DNA of 64,000 nucleotides, taken from Pseudovirgaria hyperparasitica. Taxonomy: Eukaryota. How positions within the stretch are numbered: the first letter of the stretch is position 1; each line of letters starts with the position of its first letter. The position numbers and the translations under genes were made by a program. Positions 61,009 through 64,000 of the stretch are shown here, one piece after another. The notes below the pieces were generated by a model. That model was not told where the DNA came from. It did no database searches and saw nothing but the letters and a program-made list of their open reading frames with translations. The DNA lies in the NCBI GenBank assembly GCA_010093815.1, contig ML996574.1. One strand, written 5' to 3'.

Positions 61009-62647
61009 GGCAGAGAAACTGGAGGAGGGAAAAACGGTGGTCCTGGCGCGCGGGCGGAAGCGGGATTTGAGCCAGGATAAAGAGAAGAGAAGCTCACGCT
61101 CGCTGACGGTCAGGATCAGGAAGTATATAGTGGATTCAAGTACGGACTGGGGGAGAGAGACAGGCGGGCACAGTTCCTTGCCACGTCTAGACGACGAGGA
61201 TAGAAGAGCAAGGCAGTACTAGATGGCCAGTTGACGTGGCGCATGATGGGGTGCAGTGCGGAGGAGGAGACTCTCGGCATAAATCAAAAGGAAGACGCGG
61301 AGATGGAGAGGGAAAGGGAGAAGACGGAAAATGCGCAAGTGTCAGAAGTCCAGGATGGCAGAGTTGACGAGTGATAGTGGTGGAGGTGGTGGTAGTAGTG
61401 GTGGTGCCAGTATGTAATGATTGAGAGCAGAGTGAGTGTGTATGGTCGCAAAAGAATGCGAGGAGGGGGGGGCAGTGAATACGACAAGGCCTTGGCTGCT
61501 GGGATGGGCCTGGGGAAGGTTTACAAGTTGCATGTCGTAGTCGTCCAGCACAGACAACTGCGAGGACAAACAATATCAGCATTAGTGGCATCAGCATGAA
61601 ATTCTAAACATATATCATGCGAAGAAGCGAGGCGAGTGAGTGGTGGACGTGCAGTTATTGTAGTATATATCAGCATTATTATCATGACCACGATCCCCCC
61701 CCCTCCTGACCCCCCCCCTCCCCTCTCTCTCTCTCAAGGGGCCGCTACCAACCCCCAGCTAAATTAGCTGCCAAACACTGGCGCACAACAGGCAGCAACC
61801 CAGCTAATCTCAGGCTAGACCCCAGCTAATTTTAGGCGGGACCCCAGCTAATTTAGGTGGCCTGTTCCCCCCGACCCGCCCGCCAACCCTGGGCGCGGCT
61901 CGTTCTTCGCGTCTTCGCTGCAGCTCTCTCGTCCTTCTTTTGCTTCTTCTGCTGCCCACCAGCTCCACTTCCACTCCACTCCCTCCAAAAATCCACGATC
62001 GTGCCTCGTGATGTGTGTTATTGCCCTATCATCACTATTTTACATACTACGTACACTCAAGCGCTATACATAGTACTGCTTGTTGTGTGGTACGGCTCTC
62101 AGTAGTACGCGGCATGCCACTCCCACGTGCCGTTCCAACATCGCCCCTTACGCCATCGTACCAACAACACCCCCAAACATCCCATTCATTCAGCCATCAC
62201 ATCCATCTCCACACCTCATCTTGCTCTCCAACACACACAGTAATTAGTATATCATTGTTGTTGCCATGACCCAAGCAATCATGCAATGCACGCCCCCGCA
62301 ACGTGACTGAGTATCCTGGCTCGTCCACACGCGCCAACGCGAACTAGCCGTCTCCTCGACCTTCTGCTCAACCCCAGCCAATCCAACGCTGCATATCCAT
62401 CATCATCATCAATAATTAATCATCAACGACCCACCTCCGTCTTTTCTTCGCCCTGCCCTTCACATCATCGCCAGATCGATCAATCCTTCCATCCACCATC
62501 ATCCTCTTTTCCCCTGTCTCGACCTCCTTTTCCACTTCTTCCTCGTCCTTATATCGGCCTCTTCTGCCTTTCTTTGCACATCTTTCCCCTGTATAGTTAT
62601 TGCTCCGCCCGCCGTTTTGACTGTCCTACCATCGGATAATTACCATC

Positions 62648-63891
62648 ATGAGCAACGTCAAAGCAAAAGCCAAAGACATTTTGCACCGCCATCCTCTGCA
62701 GCGAGCCCAGTCTCCCTCCAGGGGTTGGTCTGCCGCGCTTCATGTACGTACTACCCAAGAGTCAAGTCATTACGGCCTCTACGCCTTGTCCAGACCTCGA
62801 ATTCACACTTGGCCCCACACTAGGTCGTAGCTCTGTGTAGCTTTGCCTATTCCTTCAGATAGTAAGTCCCCCATTCAGAGCTCTCGACCCGCCCGCTGTC
62901 AGTATGCCCGCTCACACACTATCGCCATGTCAGCCTCGTCGTCAATCCAAACCCCATGTACGCAAATCCTTCCGACCAGCCTCTCGGCTCTGGCGCTTGA
63001 CCTCGACCTCGATTCTTTTTACTGATCCCCACCAGAAATGATAGCTATGGCTGGCACATGCAGTATCTCACCATCTTGGGTACGTCAAACATCCACATTA
63101 CCATCTGGCCATGTGTAGCCTTTGCTGCTATACTGGGACCCCTGCTGATTATTGTCTATCCTTTGACCTTGCAGGTCTATCCCTGGCGACCATCACAATG
63201 ACTCTTGCTTTACTTGCCGATATCACGCTATCTCCACGTATCTTTGCCGTCAAGAACGCTTTCGCTCTCACCTCCGCCCCAATGGAAGTTCTCATCTCCG
63301 CTCTCTACTGGGGCCTTCGTGCTTACGATACAAGTCTGGTGCTCCCCGACTGGGCGCCTCGGCTTGCTCTTTCTGCAGGTATGCCCAACCATGTCCTTGT
63401 TTTTAATCCACACGTGACGCCATCAGCATGTTTGAGTTTTGAGCCTCTACATTACCGGCATGATACGTCTCAGCCCCTTCGGCATTCTAATGCTTATTCT
63501 CACCATCATCGAATTTTTCGTTTTGCGGTTTATGTATGCCAATGCCCTCGTTGCTGTTGCTGATCGTCTGGCGCTAGATTTCGGCTTCCATCTCTTCCCC
63601 ACACTCTACCTCCTTATCGACACCTGGTTGCTATCTCCCCCACGCACAATCCGCCTTGCACCTTCATTGCTGCTCTCTCTCGTAATCGCCTTCACTTACT
63701 GGTTCTGGATCGAGCGCTGCTACCAGTTTAATGGATTTTATCCATATCCCATCTTCGCCCTACTCGACACTTCGCAACGCATTGGGCTGTTCACCTTCAG
63801 CGCCGTTCTTATGACCCTTTCTGGGACTTTCCTTGGTCAGCTGTATGGCGTGATGAATGGCCACCTCGATAATAGTAAGAAGAGCCAGTAG
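62648..63891 (+). CDS. FAR-17a/AIG1-like integral membrane protein, 6 exons
   Basis: RHPLQR, YGWHMQYLTILG (conserved Thr), LISALYWGL, DFGFHLFP (conserved His), YWFWIERCYQFNGFYPYPIF. Small exons splice in frame. Confidence 0.9.
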
Positions 63892-64000
63892 GCATCAGAT
63901 AGACAACCCGACTCCACTTAGCACAGATCCAGCTGGAAACTCTTCCTTGTTTATAGTAAACATATTAAGGCTTCAGGACTTAGGACGCATAGCTGAAGCC

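Overview
Eukaryotic fungal genomic DNA, most consistent with a filamentous ascomycete (Pezizomycotina): GT-AG introns with CTAAC/CTGAC branch points, a RIP-mutated AT-rich block, and fungal-type U6 genes. The left ~12 kb has no intact long ORF and holds decayed gene relics. It is followed by two tandem intronless U6 snRNA genes, an orphan multi-exon gene, a RIP-mutated repeat, a stand-alone PKS-type C-methyltransferase and a degenerate MysC-like ATP-grasp gene. The right part carries conserved genes: O-methyltransferase, GPI-anchored Cys-rich protein, GPD1, Net1/Dnt1-like protein, DUF924, RPS28, HIS1, a Zn2Cys6 factor and FAR-17a/AIG1. The main new observation is an apparently unnamed protein family, seen by manual alignment only. 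It has three intact paralogs (42.2-43.8, 49.1-50.7, 51.5-53.2 kb) around the Net1/Dnt1-like gene and two frameshifted relics (3.8-5.6, 6.4-8.2 kb), sharing a ~110-aa module (I-R-x-x-L ... C-x-G-[IL] ... [LV]-x10-F-P-[EDQ]). All family calls are by eye from memory of motifs; no database search was run.
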